Shown: positions 14,666-27,877, numbered from the whole stretch's first letter. The stretch: DNA of 63,571 nucleotides, filler included, from Octopus bimaculoides (GCF_001194135.2; 6 parts of 5 records of this genome joined end to end with filler, not necessarily neighbours in it), one strand, 5' to 3'. Notes: generated by a model from the letters alone, not told the origin. Numbers and translations are program-made.

Positions 14666-14731
<66 letters not shown>

Positions 14732-14734
14732 TTT

Positions 14735-14765
<31 letters not shown>

Positions 14766-15347
14766 ATTTGCATGTTTGTTACAATCACTTGCCGAGACAC
14801 ACCCACCGTCCTAGGGTGAGTGAAGGTTAATAGAGGTTACAATGTGACAAATTTTGGGGAGGTGAAGTGGCACGGACAGATGTGAAATATATTCATGTTG
14901 AGGTCAACTTTGGTATTCATCCATTCAAAGTCAGTAGAAAAAGTGCTAGCCAAGTACCGGAGCCGTTGGCCTCGACTAACCTTTCCGCTTAAAATTGCTG
15001 GCCTTGTGCCTAAATCCTAAAACATTATTAATAATAGATGGGACTAAGTTGTCAGAATCGGCTTTCAAGTTAAATCGTTCAATACAGTTACAGAGAACTG
15101 GAAAATGATCACCAGATTTTAGTACAAGGTTTTTTGATCTTTAAAATTGACAATCCCGACTTTCTGACAATTTGTCTCTCTCTTTACCCCTCCCTCATTC
15201 TCTCTCTTTATTTCTTTCACCCTGGAAAAAATGAGAAATCATGAAAAACAATAGGTTCTGACCTGTTTAAAATCTCCACCACCCCGTGCCGTATGTAGAC
15301 ACAGGTCCCTAAATATTGCAACACAATCAAGAAGTGTAGCATTAAGG

Positions 15348-15427
<80 letters not shown>

Positions 15428-16274
15428 ATACATACACTCATTTACAGATGCACGCATTCAACACACACACAAGCATCAAAATATTGCAAAAAAAAATTAG
15501 ACGTTTGTAAATGAGATGAAATTTATGTAAATAAAATGGTGTTTACATAAACAAGCGTTTGTCAACTGAGACCCAGAGAAGCATAACTTGTCTGAGGAGC
15601 AGTCATATTTATAACTATCACCTAAAGGTCAATACATCACCTGGTTGTTTATTCCACATACCTTCACTCTTTCGATTCCACTTCCTGTTCCTGTACAATC
15701 ATTCTGCGACTTTTAGTCGCGTTAATGAAAGGTCAACAAACAATAAACAAAGTGTTTCTCCTCATTATTATTGCAACAGAACTTGTCGTCTTTTTGTTTT
15801 AGTCTGTTCGTGTAATGGTCACAGACATGATGCCAAAAGTCAAAACAAAAACAAAGAGAGGAGAAAAAAATTAAATAAAAGTAATAAAATAAACAACAAA
15901 GTGCAACCATCGTACCAATAGAAACAAAAACAAGAGAAACAAACAATTTCTTTTCTATTATCTAAATAAAACTTTTGGAAAATCGTCAAATGTGATTGAG
16001 TTATTTAAAATCGGGAAAATCAACCACGTTTTCTCGATAATAAATTGATAGTAATATATATTTGAAAATCTTGAGTTCATTTCTTTTTTATTCACGATGA
16101 CATTCATATTAGACCGTAATTAACAGAGAACCCAAATATATGTACTTTTAAAAAAGATGAAGTCATGTGAAGCAAAGATAGTTAAGTACTAAGAAGAGCT
16201 TTGATCGACAAGCCAAAATTCGCTTTTCCAGACAGAAAACGAACGAACATATCTCTAACGAATTTTGCTATTAT

Positions 16275-16490
16275 TAAGGCGGCGAGCTAGCAGAAACGTT
16301 AGCACGCCGGTCGAAATGCTTAACGGTATTTCATCTGCCGTTATGTTCTGAGTTCAAATTCCGCCGAGGTCGACTTTTTCGTTCGGGGTCAATAAATTAA
16401 GTACCAGTTGCGTACTGGGGTCAATCTAATCAACTGCCCCGCCTTCAAAAACATTTTGGGCTTTTGGCCTAGAGGAGAAAAGAATTTTAC

Positions 16491-16533
<43 letters not shown>

Positions 16534-16690
16534 TTGCGTTTGAAATCCTGCCGAGGTTGACTTTGCCTTCCATCATTTCCAAGTCGATAAAATGAATATC
16601 AATTGAACAATGGTTTCGATGTAATCAACTTACCGCCGCCTTTAAAATTGGTGGCCTTATACCAAAATTTGAAATAATTATTATTTTCTT
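16275..16690 (+). mobile_element. Two tandem SINE family A copies separated by an (ATT)n tail
   Basis: Full copy 16275-~16495, then a 3' partial copy 16535-16690. Confidence 0.85.
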
Positions 16691-17449
16691 CTTTCGCCGA
16701 CCACGAGTCAGTTGGATTTGAATAGTCTCAATTATATATTTCTTTTCACAAGCTAGAATAATAGCATTTGATCAGCTTTCACCAACTACATATATATTAA
16801 AAAATATTTAATCTACGACAAATTTGTCTTTTCGCAATAACACGTTGTATTGGATAGGGCATGTTGTCTAATATGTTTCCCTTTTGCGTTATAAATCTAG
16901 AAATATAGCAGGACTGGTAAGCTAAGATATTTACAATGTAAGATATTCCGCTCAGTGACAATCTCGATTCCCGAACTCCATGACCAAAATACTGAACTCA
17001 CAAATAGACAGGTACATTTTGTTTTAATTGGTCCTTCTTTGCTAAATACAATTGATGAGTGTAATTAGAGGGAGCCCTGTATAAATAATGATATTTTATT
17101 AAACAAAGTTGATTTGCTCAAATGACGAATTCTTAAGACAGACCAACCAATCGTACAGATACAATTGACAATATGACTTGTGATTCTGATTGTAATTATG
17201 CATGTGATGGCAAATGGATAGCAATGCTCCTCACATCTACATATCCATCACAAGCTGTTTATCTTATCTGATTAACTAAGAGATAAAGACGATTAAGAAG
17301 CGTATCTATTGTCAATTGTTTTCTTATATTAACAACGAACCTTCGATCCGAAAGGAACGGTTATATATGAAACAGAAGAAATTCTTTTCAATAACTGCAC
17401 GAGAAATCTTTTCAACTCTAGAGTCAAAATCACATTGTGGATTCGGCCT

Positions 17450-18015
17450 AACTAGATTGTTATTGCTCGGGGAAAACTGAACGCAGAACGTATAAATTGA
17501 CAAAATACCACTAAACATTTTGGCCGGCATGCAAACGATTCTGCTTGTTCGCCCGCCTTAAAATTTACAAATAATGGTTTCAAATTTTGTCACAAGGACA
17601 TCAATTTTAGAAGAGGGGATGAGACGATTACATCGACCTCAGTGTTCAACTGATACTTATTTTATCGACCCCGAAAATATGAAAGGTAAAATCGACATCG
17701 GTGAAATTTAAACTCAGAACGTAGCGACGGGTGAAATATCGCTAAGTATTTCGTCCGGCGCGCTAACGATTTTGCCAGCTCGCCGCCATAAAATCTAGAA
17801 TAATAACGATTTCAAATGTTGGCACAAGGCCAGAAATTTCGGTGCAGGGTGTAAGTATATTAGATCGTCCTCGGTACTGAACTGGCCCTTATTTTATCAA
17901 CCCCGAAATAAGTAACGGCAAACTCGACATCAGCGGAATTCGAACACAGAATAATAAAGACGCGCGAAATACCGCTAAGCATTTTGTCCGACGAGCAAAC
18001 GGTTCAGCCGCTTTA
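17450..18015 (-). mobile_element. Three tandem SINE family A copies (one fragment, two near full-length)
   Basis: Reverse complement of the family A consensus at ~17450-17535, 17568-17790 and 17798-18015. Confidence 0.8.
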
Positions 18016-18699
18016 AGTTTCCCAAAGGTAAAGGTGATTCCCAGAAAGTCAGCGCTTTCATCGTTTTGTTTAGCCCCTAGTTGACACTGTTACCACCGAT
18101 TAAACAGAACAGTTATGAATGGTGCTGCAGTCATAACCAGCCCTTTACTACGTCCCTGATAGGATAATTTCGAAAAGGTACCTCTTTTTATTTAAACAGA
18201 AAGTTATACTGATTTGAAGCAGATACCAGTGTTTTTAAAGAGATCAACCGGGTGTGTATAGACGCTCATGTGATCGGTCGGAATACTCATTTCGTTGGCT
18301 CATAATAATTTCACTTGTCATTTAGACAATTCGTTGATTTCTGTAGAATCCACTCTGCTCGCTTCCGTTGAAGCTACTTCTGTAGTTGGTTCATTATAGT
18401 TTCGTCGTTTGTTTCGCAGACGCAGGTTTTGTGGTCCAAATGTGCATTGTTGTAAGACTGGCATTGTTGTTTATCTCCAGATCAGTTTTGACTGAGGAAA
18501 CCAAAAACCAAAGGCATTCTAGTCGTAACGTTACCGATTAGGAATTATATGTTGCTGCATGGTAGTGGAGTAATGTCCTGCAGTATGTTTATTCGAATTA
18601 CCACGATACATATAGAGCTTCATTTCTATCTCCTCGAATGCGACGGTGATTTCATAATTACGTTGTTCAACACCGTCATCGTCGTAATTATGCTCGCCA

Positions 18700-18904
18700 T
18701 CATCATCGTAGTCATCGTCATCGTCATCATCGTCATCATCATTCTCATCATCACCACCACAACCACCACCACCACCACCACCACCACCACCACCACTGCC
18801 ACCNNNNNNNNNNNNNNNNNNNNNNNNNNNNNNNNNNNNACTACCGCCGCCGCCACCATTACCACCACCACCACGACCACCACCACGACCACCACCATCG
18901 CCAC

Positions 18905-18960
<56 letters not shown>

Positions 18961-19290
18961 ACAGCAGCAGCAGCAGTAGCAGTTGCAGTAGCAGCAGCGT
19001 AAACACTATAATCCTCTAAACCACAGTCATCATCGACACCACTACCTCCTTTATCACCGACACTACAACCACAACCACCATAACTAGAACCACGACAAGA
19101 CCACCGCCGCCGCCAGCACCTCCGCCATCATCATCGTCGTCGTCATCGTCGCCATCAACGAAACCACTTCTACTGTCACCAACATCACAGCTGCCACTAC
19201 CACCGTCGTCACCACTACCGTCGTTACCACCACACCACCACCACCACCACCACTATCATTGTCTCCATCGTCGTCGTCGTCGTCCTAGTT
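18700..19290. repeat. Compound (CAT)n/(CAC)n/(CAG)n/(CGT)n trinucleotide tract
   Basis: Visible directly. Confidence 0.9.
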
Positions 19291-20284
19291 GTCTTCGCTG
19301 TGATCGTATTCCTCGTTGCAATCCACTTATTTATTTTTCTTTGTACTTCGAGAAGTAACACTTTATTTCTATTTTCGATGGATTAAAATTGTTTCCATTT
19401 TACATAAATAAACCTTTGCGCTCTTCATTTGAACCAAAAAGCCTATGGTCGGAACATCAGGTCTCTATATTTATAGCAGGAATAATCAATACTGCTTCCT
19501 TTCATTAAACCACATCCTGATCCCCCCGCCACACACATACACATAGTCTTCCTCGCTTTTTGTCTCTCTTTCTCTCTCACTTTCTCTCTCTCTTTCATTT
19601 GTTCAATTTTTATTTTGTATAATATCTTACTCGCTAAGTCAGCAAAACCAGTTTCATAAATTCGCGAAGATTGTTCTATATCATTCTCTCATAATAAATC
19701 TAAGTCTTCCAGTAGCGCTTTTGGTTTTATTTATATCGTTTTAGTGTTGATTTGACGATTTTTTCACAACAAACATTTGCAATTCAATATGGAATTTAAT
19801 CTCACCTCAATACCATTATAAGAGAAACAGAAAAAAAAGGAAAGGAAGGAAGAAAGAAAGAAAGAAAGAAAGGAAGAAGGAAAGTAAAGTGATAAGAAAA
19901 AGGAAAGAATAAGAATGCGAGGGCAAGTGGGACGGAGAAAGCCGCAGAGTTTTGGAGACATCCCGTTATACAAGATGAATGCATGCTTATCTTTATTATT
20001 GATTTCTATGGCTATCAGAAGCTAAAGTATTATCAACAAACACACTGAGAGAATATATTACATGTGACCGATCTCTTAAGTAGTAAAAGGCGGTGCCTTC
20101 AGTCTGGTGACTTTATGACCCGACAAAGTTGGGCAACCAGACTTCTGTAGGCGTCTAGAAATTTTTGCCTAGAGAAAATCCATCACACTCGTTAACTTTA
20201 GAAGATGATTCAAAAGTGCCCTCCTAAAAGCAGGATAAGGTTATGTGGGATAAAGAGGTAATCTTAATGCCTCAGAGACTTTTT

Positions 20285-20510
20285 TTTAGCTTTTACATGT
20301 TTCGATCATTTCACAGCGACCATACTGGGGCACGACTTCTTTGAAGGGTCTTTTGTCGAATGAAACGATCCCAGTAATTATTTTGATAAGCTTGGTATTT
20401 ATTGTATCATCTCGTTTGCCGAACCGTTATGTTACGGAGGCATAAACTCTCCTGCACCTGTTGTCAAGCGGTGTGTATGTGGGGGTGAACACAGACACAA
20501 ATTCAGAACA
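20285..20510 (-). mobile_element. SINE family C, 3' half
   Basis: Shares GGGGCAC..GCCGAACCG..GTTACGG..GTTGTCAAGCGG with 56470-56670. Confidence 0.7.
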
Positions 20511-20699
20511 CATGGAGAACGACTTCGTCTTAGGGTGTATACCTGTAAAATTTATTTCGATCCGGTAATGACCACTACAAGTCTAGAAATTTCCGGACTT
20601 TATCAATAGTCCCCAGGCCAAACGTCTTGGGAAGCAGACAGGCTAGTTGATTTCAGTGAGCGTGAAGAAATTTCCCAAGAACATTATCATTATTACCCA

Positions 20700-21510
20700 G
20701 CTCTAATATTCTATAGAAATCTAACGTAGAATTCAACTCTACACATTATTTGATTAGTGAAGAGTTACAATCGTCTGGTAAGATCTGAGATACAGGGCGA
20801 TAAATCTTCCGTTTCACCAGATACAAGAAAACATCTGGAAACAAGCCTGAAAATGCCAACCCCATCAGCTCAGCATCTAGAAAGCTATGCATGTCTATCT
20901 GCCTTTGCGCATTTCAGTGCATCTTCAGCTTCAATATATCGAGCCTCCCACTAAGTGAATGCTGCTGTTAGATTGACTACCAAACAAGTCGAACGCATGT
21001 CTTTTACACAAAAGTATGACTTACTTTCAAAATCATTTTGGATGAAACTGAGCACACAGATGGAAACTTCACATCCTATATGCCAGGCCGAACCAAATTC
21101 CAAGCAGCTTAAATGGCTCATTGGTTCAGCACCTCAGATGCCGTTGGCATCGTCCTGTATCTTCAAATGCTTACCAACAAGCTTACCAACTTATCCTTCT
21201 TAATCTTTGTTCTTCTCACCAAGCCTCATTCATTTAGAACGTTGCGAATTTTCTCGTCTTCCGAGCTGTCGGACCCCTATTGTATTAAATTCCACCTCCG
21301 CCATATTGACACATCATTTTTACGTTGAAGTTCGTACAAGATACTCTTCAAATTTTCAAATTTTTGCAGTAGTCGCTCGAGAAACCAGGCGTGTTAACAA
21401 AACCCTCTACGAAGTTGCGAACGTAGTACGGTTTGTCGAGAACACATTTACCCAGGACCAGGGAGATTTTCGCATACACAACCACACTACGATCAACAGG
21501 CGCCATGCTA
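20700..21510 (-). pseudogene. Highly degenerate Tx1/L1-clade LINE reverse-transcriptase remnant
   Basis: Minus-strand fragments DVSI..IRNVLNE..TKIKKDK..RTMP, then TNEPFKLLGIWFG and SLSGRLDILK, in the order expected for RT domains 5-7 and thumb; many stops and frameshifts. Confidence 0.6.
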
Positions 21511-21568
21511 GTAACAGTATCAGCAGCAGCAGTAGCAGCAGTAGTAGTGATATTATTATTATTATTAT

Positions 21569-21623
<55 letters not shown>

Positions 21624-21977
21624 TCCTTTCAACGGAATCGTGATGAACTTCAGAAACTTATCTCTGATAACCAAGATTCCCTTGAAATTAATGCAGCGTC
21701 ATTCAGTAGTAATAATAGATACGTCAATAACGAGTCTATATGTGTGAGAGGAGGGAGGAGCATATTTGTCATACGCTTCTCTGTCTCTCTTCCTCCTTTC
21801 CCTTCTTATTTAGGTTCTATCTCTCATATACGTCCTCACACATCTAACTCTGTACACCCACCTCTTCTCTTCATTTCCTATTCGTCTTTGTTCTACGACT
21901 GTTTTTCTCATAACACTAACACCAATATTAGTTATATACGTCCGTAAAGACATACAGAAATACACATTCCTTGCAGA

Positions 21978-22041
<64 letters not shown>

Positions 22042-22276
22042 NNNNNNNNNNNNNNNNNNNNNNNNNNNNNNNNNNNNNNNNNNNNNNNNNNNNNNNNNNN
22101 NNNNNNNNNNNNNNNNNNNNNNNNNNNNNNNNNNNNNNNNNNNNNNNNNNNNNNNNNNNNNNNNNNNNNNNNNNNNNNNNNNNNNNNNNNNNNNNNNNNN
22201 NNNNNNNNNNNNNNNNNNNNNNNNNNNNNNNNNNNNNNNNNNNNNNNNNNNNNNNNNNNNNNNNNNNNNNNNNNNN

Positions 22277-22359
<83 letters not shown>

Positions 22360-22380
22360 TATATATATATATATACACAA

Positions 22381-22413
<33 letters not shown>

Positions 22414-22737
22414 AATGTATGATATATATTTATATTTATGATATATACATACGTACATATATACAAACACATACACACATAGACAGACAGACAGGCAGAC
22501 AAACATTCAAAACGAGAAAGAAAGACAGAAAGAGAGAGAGAGAGAGAGAGAGTGAGAGAGACAGAGAGACAGAGCAAGAGAGGAAGAGAAAGACAGATAA
22601 ACGTCTGGAGTTGATAATTTCCTGCTGTCTTTATCCATCAAATCTCTAGGCAATGGCCTTTGAAAACAATCGGCAAAATAATAGTATATACATAGATACA
22701 TGCATATGCACTCTCTCTCTCACACACACACACACAC

Positions 22738-22782
<45 letters not shown>

Positions 22783-22826
22783 NNNNNNNNNNNNNNNNNN
22801 NNNNNNNNNNNNNNNNNNNNNNNNNN

Positions 22827-22838
22827 TTAATTAATTAA
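22827..22838. other. Artificial scaffolding spacer TTAATTAATTAA inside a 100-nt gap (44 N + 12 + 44 N); also at 42626, 51812, 55384 and 61564
   Basis: Identical layout five times; palindromic 12-mer with stops in all six frames. Confidence 0.95.
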
Positions 22839-22882
22839 NNNNNNNNNNNNNNNNNNNNNNNNNNNNNNNNNNNNNNNNNNNN

Positions 22883-23039
22883 CTTCGAACAGGGGAGGTC
22901 AGCAGTGTCCCCCTGCTGGTTTGGCATCTGCAGGCTAGTTTCAGGGTGTTGCCCCTTGTCAATGCAGAGCAGCCAAGCCCTAACCAGTCTGCAGATGCCA
23001 AACCAGCAGGGGGACACTGCTGACCTCCCCTGTTCGAAG
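22883..23039. repeat. Perfect 51-bp inverted repeat (GC-rich hairpin)
   Basis: 22883-22933 is the exact reverse complement of 22989-23039. Confidence 0.9.
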
Positions 23040-24870
23040 GTTATAAAGGACACAGGTTTCGTGTGTCACATAGCTAGCTAGAGGCGATGGCTTCTTGGAG
23101 CTAATTCACGGCAGCTTTCGTCCTAATTTTGGGACTGCCATGTTGGCTTGGCGATAACTATTTATATATATATATATATATACATTCATTTAAAATACAG
23201 TGTACATTTAACACACCAGAGATGCCTATAATGTTAACTGTACACTGTATTTTAAATGAATAATATATAGTCTATTGACTAATTTTTTCTTCTCGCTAGA
23301 CCACTGGTGGTAAATATAATTTCTAAAATTTTTTTGTTACCCTGAGATTTATTAATATATATATATACATAGTTGAGGTGTGTATCGAAACATTTGTAGC
23401 GATTAAAAAACTGCCTAGCCGTACCTGCTCTTCCTTTTGACACTTACTTTTTACTTTTTACTTTTTATGTAAATACATATATATACACTAGCTTTTTGAC
23501 CCGATTTCATTTAAAAAAAGAATGAAAAGTCTTTAAAAATAATAGAAAGTTTATTAAAAAAATTGATTGAAAAAGGCAAGTATGGCAAATGGTCTCTCAA
23601 AATGCGATTACTCACACCCAAATCAATTTCGTAGAATCAGTGTCGCGACGTGAACGCATGAGTCGGGAGTTTGACTGGCAGAAAGGATCAGGTTGCACAT
23701 GTCACCCTCCCGTTTTTTTCCAGTCCTAAAAGACAAAATACAAACTGAATAGTTTGAAAAATGGGAAAGGAAAACTTTAATGGAAGATTTACTCGAGCTA
23801 ACTGGAGGGTGGCGCATAGACAACCGGTGTTCAATAAGAAGAGATAGTTGTGTAGTGTTGATAGGACGGCGTGCAATTTTAACGTGACCATGACCGAAGA
23901 AGAGAAAATTGTTATATACGGGTGAACAGTCTTCATCAAAATAAAAACACGTAGCTTACAGTTGGATTTGAAATGACGNNNNNNNNNNNNNNNNNNNNNN
24001 NNNNNNNNNNNNNNNNNNNNNNNNNNNNNNNNNNNNNNNNNNNNNNNNNNNNNNNNNNNNNNNNNNNNNNNNNNNNNNNNNNNNNNNNNNNNNNNNNNNN
24101 NNNNNNNNNNNNNNNNNNNNNNNNNNNNNNNNNNNNNNNNNNNNNNNNNNNNNNNNNNNNNNNNNNNNNNNNNNNNNNNNNNNNNNNNNNNNNNNNNNNN
24201 NNNNNNNNNNNNNNNNNNNNNNNNNNNNNNNNNNNNNNNNNNNNNNNNNNNNNNNNNNNNNNNNNNNNNNNNNNNNNNNNNNNNNNNNNNNNNNNNNNNN
24301 NNNNNNNNNNNNNNNNNNNNNNNNNNNNNNNNNNNNNNNNNNNNNNNNNNNNNNNNNNNNNNNNNNNNNNNNNNNNNNNNNNNNNNNNNNNNNNNNNNNN
24401 NNNNNNNNNNNNNNNNNNNNNNNNNNNNNNNNNNNNNNNNNNNNNNNNNNNNNNNNNNNNNNNNNNNNNNNNNNNNNNNNNNNNNNNNNNNNNNNNNNNN
24501 NNNNNNNNNNNNNNNNNNNNNNNNNNNNNNNNNNNNNNNNNNNNNNNNNNNNNNNNNNNNNNNNNNNNNNNNNNNNNNNNNNNNNNNNNNNNNNNNNNNN
24601 NNNNNNNNNNNNNNNNNNNNNNNNNNNNNNNNNNNNNNNNNNNNNNNNNNNNNNNNNNNNNNNNNNNNNNNNNNNNNNNNNNNNNNNNNNNNNNNNNNNN
24701 NNNNNNNNNNNNNNNNNNNNNNNNNNNNNNNNNNNNNNNNNNNNNNNNNNNNNNNNNNNNNNNNNNNNNNNNNNNNNNNNNNNNNNNNNNNNNNNNNNNN
24801 NNNNNNNNNNNNNNNNNNNNNNNNNNNNNNNNNNNNNNNNNNNATATATATATATATATATATATATATA

Positions 24871-25260
24871 CTTTATTTAAAAGCAGCAGAAATATAACAA
24901 AAAAACCGTTACTCTGAGTTTCACGTTCCCGTTGACACGATATGACATATATCCACCTCTGCTATTTCTGCCTTTGCTACAGCAACTATCTCCGGAAAAT
25001 TCCCACAAGGATTATTTACACGGATACTTACTACTGGAATGAAGCTACACTCCAAGTACTGTTCTTTCTTTCTTCTTTCAGTGCATCACACTCACTCTCA
25101 CTTCCTACTATAACTCTCCGCTTATAGATATAATGATCGATTCCTTTACTATTTCTGTCTCCGATGAAGGGATACATTGGGTCTTCCCTGAAACAGCTGT
25201 AAGACTCTATCCATAAAATATATTTCTAACTTTACCATTGTTCTCTTTATCCTTTTATAT
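24871..25260 (+). mobile_element. Penelope-like element terminal-repeat region carrying a hammerhead motif
   Basis: Start (CTTTATT.AAAAGCAGCA..GTTACTC.GAGTT..CGTTCCCGTT) repeated at 54702-54760; hammerhead motif at 25157; bounded by microsatellites. Confidence 0.55.
25157..25205 (+). ncRNA. Minimal type I hammerhead ribozyme motif (CCGAUGA core variant)
   Basis: GTCT-CCGATGA-AGGGA..TCCCT-GAA-ACAGCTGT-A-AGAC: stem I 4 bp, stem II 5 bp, palindromic stem III, GUA triplet. Confidence 0.7.
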
Positions 25261-25263
25261 ATT

Positions 25264-25330
<67 letters not shown>

Positions 25331-26621
25331 CTATCTATCTATCTCTCTCTCTCTCTATATATATATATGTGTGTGTATTTGTATATATTTATATATACGG
25401 TCGGCCCGGATCTATAGTATAAAATCCTTACCCAAGGCGATGCGTAGAGGGTGTGAACCGGAAAGAACGTGGCTGTTAACTGAAATTCTTCACCAGGCAA
25501 ACATGCTTGTGTTTGGTCATCAAAATTATTGCTTAAAGATCTTTCAAGTGTCTCAGGCGCAGGAGTGCGATAAGAACAATTGGACTGGGTTAGTCTAGAG
25601 TTTTATTACATTCCTTTTAGTTACTCTTTGAAACGAAGAATAGACTGATCAGTTCCACCGTCTTTGCAACTTCCCAGGATTGTCTGCACACTTGCCTTTT
25701 ACAACCTTGCCTTTAATGGTTAGATACTATTTCCCTATAGTTTAGTGTGTTAATTAGTGAAAGTATGAATGAAAACAAAAATAAGCAGTTATTAACTTGT
25801 AGAATAGCTAATTGTGACATTAGATAAGACATAAAACAACACTTCATATTCGTCCTTTGTCTTGGTAGACACCAATAAAAATGTTGTGTATAGAATATGT
25901 GGTTTTATATTGGGAGTGTCCCTCTACGACTTCTAGGCCTGCTTGAAATAGCAACTAAAACTCACTCTTCAAATCACATAATACCGTCTTAACATACACA
26001 CACGCATACACACACATAACTATGTAGTTATGACAATTGTAATATCTGTGGGGGGTGGGCATCACATGCTTTCCACTATAGGGTGTATTATCTTCGTCTT
26101 TTAGATATGTTTAAATAACAACAAAAACAAATCTCTTTATCCTCCCTTCCTAAAACATAATCTGCCTACACATGCAGTCGGTAGCAAGTATGTTCCTGTT
26201 GGTAAGACATCCACTCCATATTCATCTGATACGGATCTTCTATCCCAATACACAACACAATGGGAACAGGCCTTTGCCATGGCAACGGCTCGATTAAGCC
26301 TTTTGATAAACATGTAGACACCAAGTGCATAAATGCTCATGGGATGAACTGTATCTATTCCAGGACAATAGGCTTAGTCCCTCTCAAAGTTGAATACCAT
26401 CAGGGTCTTGGGTGCCTTCAGCAGAGTTAGTCCGTTGCAAGGATTTGGGACAGGTTTCCTGTTTGATGACCGCTTAATACCTAGGTACAACGAGATTTTT
26501 TTCTGCCTATTCCCACAGCAGTTTTGGAGTTCCTGAAGCCACTTAAAGCGTTATGGGCGTTACCCTTCCACAGCGTAAAACCATAATATTCAGTCCCTAT
26601 GCGCGGTAGCTTGGGCAAATG

Positions 26622-27135
26622 TTAGTGCAGGAAAACAATACAAGAACGATTAAATAAAGAAAATATATTAATTGAAAAAATACAAGCCGCACCTGAATAT
26701 GAACGCATAACCAATTTTGGTGTTTGTAAATATTTTAATTCATTAACGCATAACCAATACTGCACATATTTTATCTCACTACTTTAACTCATGAGTTTAT
26801 ATAAATTTACCCATCACCCTAAGTGCAATTACTTTCCTTGTCTGAAATAATAAAAATCATCAATAACTTTCCCTTAGATTTTTCTACATGCTGATCTATT
26901 TACAAACAAATTCTCATACAAGCAACATGGACTAATAACTTAAGAAAATACAAAACTGCAATATTTTCACCGATTTCAATGTTCTGATAAGCGAAACCCG
27001 AAACGGGTCCACTATCCTTTAAAATATATTAAAAATACATAAATTGTTTGCATTTTCCCTCTTTTATTATACAGTTATTCGCTACAACTCACCACGTCGG
27101 GAAAATCTCTTCAACAAACTTCTTTTTTACTATAT
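26622..27135 (+). mobile_element. Penelope-like element 3' remnant (GIY-YIG C-terminus plus decayed hammerhead)
   Basis: ERLNKENILIEK/YKPHLN with one frameshift; CTGATAA-GCGAAACCC-GAAACGGGTC at 26984-27009. Confidence 0.5.
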
Positions 27136-27877
27136 NNNNNNNNNNNNNNNNNNNNNNNNNNNNNNNNNNNNNNNNNNNNNNNNNNNNNNNNNNNNNNNNN
27201 NNNNNNNNNNNNNNNNNNNNNNNNNNNNNNNNNNNNNNNNNNNNNNNNNNNNNNNNNTATATATATATATATATATATATATTTGTATGTATGTATAAAA
27301 TTATATTTGGGGGAATTAGTGTACGATCGAAGTATATTTAATGCTATAAATAATGTAAATATTAGGGTGAAAAATACTTTTGGATACAAACAGTCATAGG
27401 CTGCAGTGGGACACGAACTCACATCTCCTGTATATGCATGCGATTATCTGACTGTGATTGTTCCCCACAACGCTTGTTAACAAGCCTGTTGATTTATATA
27501 AATTCCACCAGCTTTAGTGGTTCGGCAAAAGAGTACGATAGAATAAGTACCGGAGGAAAAATAATATAAATACTGAGGTTGATCTTTTTGAACAAAGAGC
27601 CGTTCAAGGTGGTGCTCCAGCATGTCCACAGCCCAACGACTGAAGGAAGTAAACAAATTAAAAGAAAAAAAAAACGAAAGATATTTTAAAATTGCATAAG
27701 TAGAAACAGCGTTAGTTTCGCCGCTTAATTCAGTCAAGTCTTTGAATAAAATAGAATTATGTACTAAATTTTAGTTTCAAATCTAAAGACTGTAAATTTT
27801 CATAAGTAAAGTTTCACATTTGTTATTAACAAAAAATATGAGAAGCACAATTTTCAGTATACTATATGATTCAATAA

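Noticed and set aside
15648-15689. 42-nt minus-strand micro-exon candidate NDCTGTGSGIERVK with AAG/GTATGT donor
   Set aside because: No polypyrimidine tract directly at the acceptor; too short to support
18318-18464. 48-codon minus-strand ORF MPVLQQCTFGPQNLRLRNKRR..ELSK as a terminal exon
   Set aside because: Weak acceptor, start lies in repeat-like sequence, no recognisable homology
22827-22838. Recurrent TTAATTAATTAA palindrome (five times)
   Set aside because: Always centred in a 100-nt gap with 44 N on each side: an assembler spacer, not biology
23973-24917. Long ORFs made of X (also at 30133, 33697, 41058 and 57186)
   Set aside because: Span N gaps
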